Positions 19,871-28,530 of a DNA stretch of 64,000 nt are shown piece after piece. Location of the stretch: the NCBI GenBank assembly GCA_025980465.1, contig JAICXJ010000007.1, forward strand, positions 12,641 through 76,640, read 5' to 3'. The DNA is from Frankiales bacterium. Lineage in GTDB: Bacteria; Actinomycetota; Actinomycetes; JAFAQI01. The notes below the pieces were generated by a model. It was not told the origin of the DNA. It saw only the letters and a list, made by a program, of their open reading frames with translations, and searched no databases. The translations under genes were made by a program, and so were the position numbers. How positions within the stretch are numbered: position 1 is the stretch's first letter; each line of letters opens with the position of its first letter.

Positions 19871-19911
19871 TTCGGGTTCCTCATCTCGCGAAACTCGGGT
19901 TGCGCCGGAGG

Positions 19912-21696
19912 TTACACACGTCGGATGCGCGATGCAGCCGAAAACGCAGAGATAGTCCCGGAAATGATCACAGCGAGTGAGGCAACTGCGTCACCGGCGA
20001 GCGTCAGCGACTGCGAGCCGGTCGCGGCGGCGGTCGTTGCAGATGTGGCGGTGACCTCATAGAGCGACAGCGTCGGCGTCGTCGCAACAAGTCGGGTGCC
20101 ACGCAGTCGTGCGGCTTGTACGGCGCCGCCGACAACGTCGCGCTCAACAAGAACGCCGGCGTATCCCTCCGTCCGCAGCGTCGCGGTCAACGAGCCGGTC
20201 GCATCGACAGCCGGACCGATCGCACGGGCGAGCGGATCCTCTTGAGGGGTGGCAACGATCCCGCCACCCGAAGTACGTACCAGCAGCCGGCCGTCTCCGA
20301 CGACCCGCCGATCGAGCCAGCGACTGGCCGGGTCGATCATCGGCCGGTCACCGTTCCACGGATAGATCCGCACCGACGCCCAGGGCAACACAAGCACCGG
20401 GCCATGCGGTAGTTGGCGGGAGGCTGCCGCGACCGTCGACCAGTCGCTGGGCCAGCCGCCCGCGACGAGCTTGCCGGACGCCCCCCAGGCGGCAGCCGGC
20501 AGAAGCAGCAACGGGACCGCGGCCAGGACCGGCGCCTGTCGTAGCTGCCGGGAAACCTCCGTGACCGCGTAACCCCACCCGATCGCCACCGCCAACACGA
20601 ACGGCGCCAGCAAGCGCTGGCCGTCGCGAAGCAGGTCGAACGCCTGACTGTGCGCACCCAACCAGTGCAACCCGCGATTCAGCCCCGGCAGGTGAGCCCA
20701 CATCGACAACGCCAGCCCGAGACTGGCGGCGGCAACGATTCCGTTGACCGCCGCGTCGTTCCGCTGTTGCCGGAGCAGGACGAGGCCCCACACTGCGGCG
20801 GCGGTGACGACGAGCGCCGCCAACGCGGCGTACCAGTGCGATCGCCCCGGGGGGACCGCCGTCGAGTTCCAGGTCCCGCCGAGGGAGAGCACGCTGCCGA
20901 GGGTGCCGAAGGGGGTGTCGGCTCGGCTCGCGAAGACCGTTGTCCCCACTCGGTCGCCCGGCGCTCCGCCGGGGTTGGTCAGCGCCGGGATCAGCCAGGG
21001 CAGTGCGAGCACTCCGAGACCGACCAGCACGAAACCGACCTGCTTCGCGCGCGCGGTTGGACCCGATGAGGTCACCCTCGACGACGGCCAGCCGATGACC
21101 GGAAGCGCGACAAGGGCTGCCAACAACTCGGCTGAGGCACCGCCGACCGCCGCGACACCGATCCACACGACGAGACGGCCGAGAGCTCGGGACTCACCGG
21201 CGCGATAGGCAATCGCGGCCGCGGCGATCCACGGCAGCGCGGCGTACCCGAGCAGGATCGCCCACTGCCCGAGCAGCAGGTGTTCGGTCAGGTACGGGTT
21301 CCAGGCGTACAACGCCGCCGCCGCGACCGCACCGCCGACCGATCGTGACCACAACCGGCCCGCTCCCCACCCGCCGATCGCGATCACCAGGACCAGCAGC
21401 AGGTCCTGCACGACATCGCCAGGAACAACCCGGGACAAAAGCGCGACGACCAGGTCGCTCGGCACCGCCCGGGGAACGCCTGTCACTCCGAGCACCGTGT
21501 CGTTCAGCGGAAGTTTCGGAACAAACACCATGTCCCGGTTGAGCACGTAGCCGCGACCCAGCACTGGCGCGAGTTGCAAGGCTGCGAGTGAAAAGCCCGT
21601 GATTGCGGCGGCGACACTTGCCCGCGTACGAGTGTGGTTCGCGTAATCGCCTGCCGGCACAGCGAGGAAGGCTATCGGGCTGACACTGACGATCAT
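19912..21696 (-). CDS. large polytopic membrane protein, possible GT-C-type glycosyltransferase (function unknown). Start uncertain (Met at 21696, 21765 or 21861)
   Basis: At least 12 predicted TM helices with a long C-terminal extracytoplasmic domain. Heads a codirectional string with the MFS, GT::MT and acyltransferase genes. The longest ORF would overlap the divergent flippase gene. Confidence 0.5.
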   Translation of the reverse strand: MIVSVSPIAFLAVPAGDYANHTRTRASVAAAITGFSLAALQLAPVLGRGYVLNRDMVFVPKLPLNDTVLGVTGVPRAVPSDLVVALLSRVVPGDVVQDLLLVLVIAIGGWGAGRLWSRSVGGAVAAAALYAWNPYLTEHLLLGQWAILLGYAALPWIAAAAIAYRAGESRALGRLVVWIGVAAVGGASAELLAALVALPVIGWPSSRVTSSGPTARAKQVGFVLVGLGVLALPWLIPALTNPGGAPGDRVGTTVFASRADTPFGTLGSVLSLGGTWNSTAVPPGRSHWYAALAALVVTAAAVWGLVLLRQQRNDAAVNGIVAAASLGLALSMWAHLPGLNRGLHWLGAHSQAFDLLRDGQRLLAPFVLAVAIGWGYAVTEVSRQLRQAPVLAAVPLLLLPAAAWGASGKLVAGGWPSDWSTVAAASRQLPHGPVLVLPWASVRIYPWNGDRPMIDPASRWLDRRVVGDGRLLVRTSGGGIVATPQEDPLARAIGPAVDATGSLTATLRTEGYAGVLVERDVVGGAVQAARLRGTRLVATTPTLSLYEVTATSATTAAATGSQSLTLAGDAVASLAVIISGTISAFSAASRIRRV

Positions 21697-21838
21697 GACG
21701 TGTTGCACTGGTCGCACTGTGACAACGATCGGGTCGAGCGCGTCGTCGACTCTCTCCCTACCCATTGCGATCCCGGAGCAGCGAGCGGCTGCGGTCCGGA
21801 CGCGCCTGGCGCGATCCGCAGCGGTGCTGTCGATCGCG

Positions 21839-23017
21839 ATGGCGGTCGCGTATGCCGGCACCTACCTGCTTGCGGTGATCGCCAGCCGGCTGCTCAGCAA
21901 TTCGCAGTACGGCGTGTTCGCCGCCCTGCTCGCGGTTCTCACCGTCGTCACCGTCCCGGGCCTCGCGCTCCAAGCGGTCATTGCCCGTCGCTGCGCAACC
22001 CGGGTACTCACACTCGGCGAAACGATCTCGATCGGCCTGGTCGTCGGGCTGGGCTGCGCCGCGTTGGCCGCCTTGGCGCTGCCGCCGTTGGATAGCTTCC
22101 TTCACATCGGCACCGTCGGCGGGATGGCCGCTGCCCTCGGCGCCACTGTCCCGTTGACGGTCCTCTCAGCGATCCAGGGCTGGCTGCAGGGCAACGAGCG
22201 ATTCGGTGGTCTCGCGGTCGTCGTCCTTCTCGCCGGTGCCGCCAAGCTCGTCGGCGGCCTGGTGCCGCTGGTTGTCGGCGGCGACGCCGACGCAAGTCTC
22301 ATCGGTGTCACGGGAGTGACTGCCGTAGTGACAGCCGTCATCGCCTGCTCGCCACGACTCGGCAACGACCGCCTCGTCAGTCGCCGGCCACGGCTGCGTC
22401 AGGCGATCCCACTGATCCCGTGGTCTGAGGTGGGACCCGCGGCCGTGGGGTTCGGCGGCCTGCTGCTGATCAGCAATCTGGATCTGCTTCTGGCCCGCCA
22501 CGTGCTGAGCGGTTCCGCTTCCGGTCGCTACGCCGCGGCCACCGTGGTCGCGAAGGTGGCGCTCTGGATCCCGCAGGCGATCGCGCTCGCTGTGCTGCCA
22601 CGGTTGGCCCGCGGCGACAACCGCACCGCCACATTGCGGGCCGCCCTCCTCGCGACGTCGGTGATCGGTGTGCTCGGTTGCCTCGTCATGCTCGGGCTCG
22701 GGACTACCGCCATGCGGATCAGCTTCGGTCCGCGCTACGCGTCCCTCGGACCGATCGCGTGGGTGTTCGCGCTCCAGGGTTCGGCCCTTGCCTTGACCCA
22801 GCTGACGATCGTGGCCGACATCGCCCGCGCGCGGCGCGGGGTGCTGCGGCTGGTCCTGTGGGCCGCCGCGCTGGAGGCGGCCACCGTCCTCGTCGTTCAG
22901 CCTCGAACGATTCGCGGGCTGGTCACCATCGCCGCGAGCTGTGCTGGCGTCCTGGCACTGCTCGCAACCGGCCAGGTCGCTCGGCGACGTCAGGGTTTGA
23001 GAAGCACCTTGAAGTAG
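21839..23017 (+). CDS. polysaccharide biosynthesis protein / Wzx-like flippase (MOP superfamily). ORF-track start 21695, probable start 21839
   Basis: N-terminal VAYAGTYLLAVIASRLLSNSQYGVFAALLAV matches the Polysacc_synt N-terminus. About 12 TM helices. Divergent to the membrane-protein gene. Confidence 0.7.
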   Translation: MAVAYAGTYLLAVIASRLLSNSQYGVFAALLAVLTVVTVPGLALQAVIARRCATRVLTLGETISIGLVVGLGCAALAALALPPLDSFLHIGTVGGMAAALGATVPLTVLSAIQGWLQGNERFGGLAVVVLLAGAAKLVGGLVPLVVGGDADASLIGVTGVTAVVTAVIACSPRLGNDRLVSRRPRLRQAIPLIPWSEVGPAAVGFGGLLLISNLDLLLARHVLSGSASGRYAAATVVAKVALWIPQAIALAVLPRLARGDNRTATLRAALLATSVIGVLGCLVMLGLGTTAMRISFGPRYASLGPIAWVFALQGSALALTQLTIVADIARARRGVLRLVLWAAALEAATVLVVQPRTIRGLVTIAASCAGVLALLATGQVARRRQGLRSTLK

Positions 23018-23034
23018 CCGGCGTCCTTCGACTG

Positions 23035-23580
23035 GGGCGAACGACTCCACTCCCAGTGGGTCGTCGTCACTCAGTAGCGGCAGGATCTCCTCCACCCAAC
23101 GCTTGACGTTCGCCTGACCCATCCGTAGCTGGACCTGCTTGTCGAACAGCTGCACCATCGAGATCGGGTCGGCGGCGCCGCCGTAGACACCACTGAGCGA
23201 GATCGTGCCCAGACCGGTGATCTGTTGAAGGGCGGTCGTGGTCGGTGAGCCGTGCGCGGCACCTTGATGTGCGTGACCTGGGCCTGCGGCACTCGCAGGT
23301 ACACCGCCTGACCGCCCGGCACAGCGCCGCGTCGTACGGGATCACCGCTCGGTCACCGACGTTGAGGTCACTACCTCGCTGCCGACCTCCTCGACGACTC
23401 CCATCGGCTCGTGGCCGACGATGTCGCCGGGCCGCATCAGCGCCGCCAACGGCTCGTAGTGATGCAGATCCGACCCGCAGATGTTGGTCGTGGTAACCCG
23501 CGTCGCGACGAGGCGGCGTAATGACGGGCGAAGGGGGCAGGGGTTCAGGCGTGAGCACTCAGCATGCCGATCAACCACGG
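23035..23580 (-). pseudogene. decayed Zn-dependent alcohol dehydrogenase (glutathione-independent formaldehyde dehydrogenase FdhA-like) pseudogene: N-terminal about 90 aa and C-terminal about 95 aa retained, about 200 aa internal deletion, frameshifts, 3' end truncated by the flippase gene
   Basis: Frame A (hand-translated): [44 protein letters not shown] then a TGA stop. The adjacent frame continues ADH homology with [17 protein letters not shown]. Frame A resumes with GHAHQGAAHGSPTTTALQQITGLGTISLSGVYGGAADPISMVQLFDKQVQLRMGQANVKRWVEEILPLLSDDDPLGVESF, but no native stop. Confidence 0.6.
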
Positions 23581-24021
23581 CCGTCCGACCCGCCGGCGCA
23601 GTCCGGCCATCCCAGGCTGGCGCTGGTCCCCAACTCGGGTAGCGCCGTTGCCGACGACCCGGAAGCATTCGGGTACGAAGCCGAGTACGTGCTCGGACAG
23701 CGCACCACGATCGGAAGCGACGCCTCGCAGGACATCGTGCTGGACGGCCTCGCCGCGGAGCACGCGGTCATCGAGTGGCTGCCGGAGGGCGACGAGTACG
23801 TCTTCCACCCGGTGGTGACCGATGGCGCGGCGACGATTGACGGAGCGATCGCCACGACCGGGATACATCACGGCGACCGGCTGCAGCTCGGTGCCTGGAC
23901 GCTGATCTTCCAGCGCGACGAGGGCTCCGATCACGTCCGCCGGGCGCGATCGCGCCACGGCGGCAAGCACGCAGGTGACACCCGCACCCGGCCGGGTGGT
24001 CACCACACCGAAACCGAGTGA
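23521..24021 (+). CDS. FHA domain protein (start uncertain; may be an internal GTG/CTG)
   Basis: Core [34 protein letters not shown]...FHPV...TIDG...[16 protein letters not shown]. Confidence 0.7.
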   Translation: MTGEGGRGSGVSTQHADQPRPSDPPAQSGHPRLALVPNSGSAVADDPEAFGYEAEYVLGQRTTIGSDASQDIVLDGLAAEHAVIEWLPEGDEYVFHPVVTDGAATIDGAIATTGIHHGDRLQLGAWTLIFQRDEGSDHVRRARSRHGGKHAGDTRTRPGGHHTETE

Positions 24022-24094
24022 CGGCGGCGACCGTTGACCCCTGACCACGCCGGGCAGGGCAGCGCCGCCGATCCGTACTCATCTGGAGGCACAC

Positions 24095-24637
24095 ATGGCA
24101 CAGAACGGAATTGACTACCTTCTCGAACAACACAAGACGGTCACCAACCTGATCGACGCGGTGCGCAATGGCCCCCGCGAGTCGCGCCAGGACAACTTCG
24201 ACCAGCTCCGCGAGCTGCTCGCCGTCCACGAAACCGCCGAGGAGTTGATCCTGCGTCCGATCACCCGGCACGAGGTGCCGGGTGGCGACACGGTGGCCGA
24301 TGCCCGGATGGCCGAGGAGAACGAGGCCAAGAAGGTGCTGGCTGGCCTCGAGAAGATGGACGCGACGTCGGAGGAGTTCCTCACCGCGTTCGCCGGGTTC
24401 GCCCAAGACGTCATCACCCACGCGAACAACGAGGAATCGCAGGAGTTCCCGCTGGTTCGGGAGCATCAGAACAGCGAAGCGCTGGCTGACCTGGGGGAAT
24501 CCCTCGAGAAGGCCGAGAAGGCCGCACCAACCCATCCCCACCCGAGCGCGAAGACCACGGCCGCCAACGCGGTGATGGGGCCATTCGCCGCCATGGTGGA
24601 CAAGGTCCGCGACGCGATGAGTGGCGCCTCGCACTAG
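24095..24637 (+). CDS. hemerythrin-like (HHE cation-binding) domain protein
   Basis: 180 aa. LLEQHKTVTNLIDAV...LRELLAVHETAEELILRPI...EHQNSEALADLGESLEKAEK pattern of His/Glu ligands. Confidence 0.7.
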   Translation: MAQNGIDYLLEQHKTVTNLIDAVRNGPRESRQDNFDQLRELLAVHETAEELILRPITRHEVPGGDTVADARMAEENEAKKVLAGLEKMDATSEEFLTAFAGFAQDVITHANNEESQEFPLVREHQNSEALADLGESLEKAEKAAPTHPHPSAKTTAANAVMGPFAAMVDKVRDAMSGASH

Positions 24638-24645
24638 GCCCGTCC

Positions 24646-24685
24646 GGCAGCGTCGTAGCTGAGCTCAGTCAGTTACGACGCTGCC
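24646..24685. terminator. candidate bidirectional stem-loop between convergent hemerythrin and MFS genes
   Basis: Perfect 12-bp inverted repeat GGCAGCGTCGTA / TACGACGCTGCC around a 16-nt loop that is itself palindromic. The right arm overlaps the last codons of the minus-strand MFS gene. No U-tract, as is common in high-GC actinobacteria. Confidence 0.35.
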
Positions 24686-26103
24686 GCCGCGGTCGCGACG
24701 TCCCGCGGATAGGTCTTGCGGGCGTGCAACACGAATCCGACACTGGCGAGAAGCGGCACCAGCATGATGAGGAAGGTGTCGCGCAAGCCGGCCTGACCGC
24801 CGCCGCCAAGACTGTCGGCGACCAGCCCGAATACCAGCGGGGCGAGCGCCTCGACCGGCTGCTTGACGAGGGTGCGGACGGACTCAGCGCGACCCCACAG
24901 CCGAGGGTGCATGATGTCGAGCCGGCCGGCGTCCACCGGAGGGTTGACGGCCGCGAGGCAGAGGGCAGCGCCGCCAAGGGCGAGGATCCCGGCCGCGATC
25001 GAGGACACCAGCAGAGCCGGGACGAACAGCACTGTTGCCGCGAGCAGCCCGGCCGCAGCGAAGTAGATGCGGAAGGTGAGGTGGCCACCTCGGCTGAAGC
25101 GGTCACTGACCCAGCCGCCGGCGATGACGCCTCCCACCGCGAAGATGGCGAGGATGATCGCCAGCGAGCTTGCGAACCCCTGACTGATCCCGTACTGGTG
25201 CTTGACGAACTCCACCCCGAAGGCCCTGACTCCGGAGAAGAAGAAGTAGCCACTCGATCCGACGATGATCAGTACGACGTTGGTGCGGATCCGCAGTACG
25301 TAACGCACGGCGCGGGCGATGCTCCATTCGCCTGGATCGTCAGTGATCACGAGCTCCGGATATGGCCGGACCCCGGCCGATGCCGCCGCGAGCTGGGCCT
25401 CGCTCAACGCCGAGGTCGGATCGGCAGTATCCGGATCCTCGCCAGGCCGAGCCTGCTCAGCGCTTCGATCAGGCCCGGAGCGATGTGGTTCGGGCAGCCT
25501 GCGAAGCAGCACCGCGAGGATCAGCGCGGGCGGCACCAGCGCAAGGAACGACGCCCGCCAGCTGATCGACGCCAGTACGCCGCTGAACGCGAATCCGACT
25601 GCGGTCCCGACGAGCTCGCCGGTGAGGACCAGACCCCAGATCCGACCACGTTCCTCCGGCAGGAAGTAGTCGCCGACGAGGCTCGCCACCGCCGGACCCG
25701 CAACCGCGACGGTGGCACCGAGTACGCAGCGGGCGACCACGAGCTGTGAGAACGAACCCGTCGCTGCCGAACCAGCCATCACGACCGCCCATGAGGCTGC
25801 CGCGATGGCAAGCATTCTGGTCCGGTTGACGCGGTCGACCAGGACGCCGAGCGGGAGGCCGACCACCGCAGCGACAACGCCTGACGCCGCAGCAATCGTC
25901 CCCAACCCGGCGTGGTTGACGTGAAGCGCTGCACTGATCTGCGTCGCACTCGCGCCGACCGTCGCCTGGTCGGCGCCGGTCAGTCCGAGGACAGCCGCGA
26001 GCAGGATCAGCACCCGCCGGTGCTCTGCCGTGCCGGCCACCTCGGCGGCACGTTCCCACCCGCGGGTCACCGCACGCACCATCACGCCTGACCGAGGGCC
26101 GTC
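24673..26103 (-). CDS. MFS transporter (ORF-track start 26382; probable start at Met near 26103)
   Basis: 12-TM MFS with D/GR-type loop motifs (GLPLGVLVDRVNRTRM). The long ORF N-extension is Ser/Arg-rich and likely untranslated. Confidence 0.75.
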   Translation of the reverse strand, partial: DGPRSGVMVRAVTRGWERAAEVAGTAEHRRVLILLAAVLGLTGADQATVGASATQISAALHVNHAGLGTIAAASGVVAAVVGLPLGVLVDRVNRTRMLAIAAASWAVVMAGSAATGSFSQLVVARCVLGATVAVAGPAVASLVGDYFLPEERGRIWGLVLTGELVGTAVGFAFSGVLASISWRASFLALVPPALILAVLLRRLPEPHRSGPDRSAEQARPGEDPDTADPTSALSEAQLAAASAGVRPYPELVITDDPGEWSIARAVRYVLRIRTNVVLIIVGSSGYFFFSGVRAFGVEFVKHQYGISQGFASSLAIILAIFAVGGVIAGGWVSDRFSRGGHLTFRIYFAAAGLLAATVLFVPALLVSSIAAGILALGGAALCLAAVNPPVDAGRLDIMHPRLWGRAESVRTLVKQPVEALAPLVFGLVADSLGGGGQAGLRDTFLIMLVPLLASVGFVLHARKTYPRDVATAAAAS

Positions 26104-26179
26104 GGTCAGCAGCGACAGGTCAATGTTCATTTGTTCGATCGGGTGCCCATCGATCTGACCCGAGAAACCGCTTCGGCCC

Positions 26180-27157
26180 TCAACCTGGCCGCGTCGAGTG
26201 GGCGTCGGCCAGCCGTTGACGCTCCGATGGCCGGGCTTTGGCTGCGTCGGCCACGTTCCGGTTGATGTCCTGCTGGGTCGCCCGGACCAACGGCGAAGAG
26301 TCGAGGAGGGCCACTCCGGCGACCACGAGCGCGATCGAGATTGCGATGCCCGCAGCGACTGCCCCGAACTGGAGCTTTTCATTCAGGGCGTAGACGGCAA
26401 GAAACGACGCGACGAGCGGCTCACCGATGTCGATCAACGGCAGCGAGATCGACAGCGGGGCGATCCGGAAGGCGGTCTGCGCGAGCAGCAGCCCGCCGAG
26501 CGCCGCCACGGCAAGTAGGTAGGGCTGGGGATGGAGCAAAGCTCCGACCTGGTCTCGCCGGAACAGATGACCGACGACCTTCGTCATCACCGAAAGCAGG
26601 CCGAAGGCGATACTCGCCGCGAGGGCGAGCGCGCTCGCCCTCGCCATCGGTCGGCGATGCAGGCACTCGGCCAAGACGATAAGCGCTGCCTCGGCCGCGC
26701 CGGTCACGATGACGATGACGATCGTCGTGTGCAACGTGATCCGGGCATTGCCGCCGGAAGGACTGCCGAGGACGAGAAAGCCGGTGATGCCGGCGGCGAC
26801 CGCGAGCGCTGCGCTCCACTCACGTACCCGGAGCCTGCGACCGGAGGCAGCAGCCGCGAGTGGGAGAGCGAAGAGCAGTTCGGTGACGATCAGCGGCTGG
26901 ACCAGGACCACCGGTGCCAGATACAGCGCGACTGCCTGCAGCAGGTAGGCGGCGATTGACGCGCCCAGCCCGATCCACCACTGCTGCTCCTGGACCAGCC
27001 TGACCAGCAAGGTTGCACTGATCCGCGTGGGTGCGTCGACCCGTCGGGCGGCCCGCATCTGTTCGACATTCGCCACACCGAAGGCGGCCGCGGCACCGAG
27101 CGCGCAGGCGACCGCGACGGAGGTGCTTGCAAGGCTGGACACCGGCTTTTGACCCAC
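26180..27157 (-). CDS. DMT/EamA family transporter
   Basis: 325 aa with two five-TM EamA-like repeats. Confidence 0.7.
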   Translation of the reverse strand: MGQKPVSSLASTSVAVACALGAAAAFGVANVEQMRAARRVDAPTRISATLLVRLVQEQQWWIGLGASIAAYLLQAVALYLAPVVLVQPLIVTELLFALPLAAAASGRRLRVREWSAALAVAAGITGFLVLGSPSGGNARITLHTTIVIVIVTGAAEAALIVLAECLHRRPMARASALALAASIAFGLLSVMTKVVGHLFRRDQVGALLHPQPYLLAVAALGGLLLAQTAFRIAPLSISLPLIDIGEPLVASFLAVYALNEKLQFGAVAAGIAISIALVVAGVALLDSSPLVRATQQDINRNVADAAKARPSERQRLADAHSTRPG

Positions 27158-27290
27158 TCCGCGAAACGAGCACGTCCACGCCTATCGTGAGGCGATACAT
27201 GCGTGTACCTCGAAAGGCAGGCTGAAAACCGCAGCCCATCGCACCACCCGTCATCACCGAATCGCGTCGGAATAACGGGCTGAGGCCAGG

Positions 27291-27319
27291 GTAGAAGTAT
27301 CGTGTCGCGATACTTCTAC
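27291..27319. promoter_or_regulatory. perfect 12-bp inverted repeat (GTAGAAGTATCG-N5-CGATACTTCTAC), candidate operator 12 nt upstream of the DUF3040 gene
   Basis: Read directly from the sequence. A weaker palindrome (CACGCCTATCG-TGAGG-CGATACATGCGTG) lies at about 27163-27197 sharing the ATCG/CGAT core. Confidence 0.4.
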
Positions 27320-27330
27320 GGAGCGGAGCT

Positions 27331-27717
27331 ATGAGGCTTGGCGACATCTACCCGCGCCGGCGGATCAGCGCCGTGGAGAGCGCCCTACGCCGCGACGACC
27401 CAGATCTGGCCGAGATGTTCGCCCGATGGGAAGACACCGAGCGGGCCGCAGCCCACGAGCAGCCCCGCCGCAACGCTCGGCTTCACGCGCTGGTGGCAGT
27501 TCTGTACGGAACCCTCGCCGCGGAATTACTCGCCACTGTTCTGCTCACCGGTCTCTCGGTGATCGCGGCGATGCTCGCAGCACTCGCAGCCGGTCTGGCA
27601 ACGTGGCACCTCACCCGCGCCTGGCAGCGCGGATCGGTACGGCGTGAACCCCGGCTGCGGACACGGTCCTCATTCGCAGTCGGCCGCCGGCCGGGATCGT
27701 TGAGTCGACCCCGATGA
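27331..27717 (+). CDS. DUF3040 domain membrane protein
   Basis: 128 aa. N-terminal helical segment ISAVESALRRDDPDLAEMFARWE followed by a hydrophobic TM. This matches the actinobacterial DUF3040 pattern. Confidence 0.6.
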   Translation: MRLGDIYPRRRISAVESALRRDDPDLAEMFARWEDTERAAAHEQPRRNARLHALVAVLYGTLAAELLATVLLTGLSVIAAMLAALAAGLATWHLTRAWQRGSVRREPRLRTRSSFAVGRRPGSLSRPR

Positions 27718-27742
27718 ACGACAGCCCAGGTGCCGAAACCGA

Positions 27743-27766
27743 CCCGCGACGAGAGCACGTCGCGGG
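27743..27766 (+). terminator. candidate stem-loop (8-bp stem CCCGCGAC / GTCGCGGG, 8-nt loop) 26 nt after the DUF3040 stop
   Basis: Seen in sequence. GC-rich hairpin with no U-tract. Confidence 0.3.
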
Positions 27767-27793
27767 TGGGCTGCCCTTCTGACCTGTTGACTT

Positions 27794-27808
27794 CCTAATG
27801 ATATTAGG
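27794..27808. promoter_or_regulatory. AT-rich palindrome CCTAAT-GAT-ATTAGG 15 nt upstream of the TetR gene, candidate TetR autoregulatory operator overlapping a TTGACT -35-like hexamer
   Basis: Perfect 6-3-6 inverted repeat in the only AT-rich patch of this intergenic region. TTGACT at 27787-27792. Confidence 0.4.
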
Positions 27809-27822
27809 TAATCCTTCTGGAC

Positions 27823-28530
27823 GTGGCAGAATCGGCGGTGATTCCGGACCGGCGCCAACGGCGCCGACAGGAGTCGATCGAGGAGATCCTCGACGTCGCG
27901 CTGGAGGTGATGGCTGAGCAAGGCGTTGCCGGGCTTTCACTCGGCGAGGTTGCGCGCCGGCTCGGCGTCCGGCCGCCGTCGCTATACGGCTACTTCGCCT
28001 CGAAGCACGCGGTGTACGACGCCGAATTCGGTCGCGGGGCACAACAGGTCCAGGCGGTCGTCGCCGAAGTATCGGAGCGCGTTCTCGCCACCGCGACCGA
28101 TCCCGGCGAGGCGCTCGAGCAAGTCGCGACCGCGTTCATCGAGTGGGCCATCGAGAACCCGGTCTACTCGCAGCTGCTGTTCTGGCGACCGGTACCAGGA
28201 TTCGAGCCCAGCCCGGCGGCCTACCAACCCGCAGTCGACCTCATCGAGCTCAGCACACGGATGTTCGCCGACATGCAGGAGCGTGGTTGGATTCGCGCCG
28301 ACGTGCCGGCCGAGGAAATTCTTCGCGACTGGACCATCCTCACGTCCGGGATCATCAGCCAGCAGCTCGCCAACGCGCCGACCGACGGCTTCCAGACCGG
28401 CCGATTCACTGCCGCACTTCCCGGCCTGGTCGCGATGTTCGTCGCTTCCTACGCCGCTGCCACATCGAGCCCTAAGACCAACCACAACTCCACCACGGGG
28501 AAGGGGCCTAGAAATGCAGACCAACGTTGA
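27823..28530 (+). CDS. TetR family transcriptional regulator
   Basis: 235 aa. N-terminal HTH ILDVALEVMAEQGVAGLSLGEVARRLGVRPPSLYGYFASKHAV. Confidence 0.85.
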   Translation: MAESAVIPDRRQRRRQESIEEILDVALEVMAEQGVAGLSLGEVARRLGVRPPSLYGYFASKHAVYDAEFGRGAQQVQAVVAEVSERVLATATDPGEALEQVATAFIEWAIENPVYSQLLFWRPVPGFEPSPAAYQPAVDLIELSTRMFADMQERGWIRADVPAEEILRDWTILTSGIISQQLANAPTDGFQTGRFTAALPGLVAMFVASYAAATSSPKTNHNSTTGKGPRNADQR

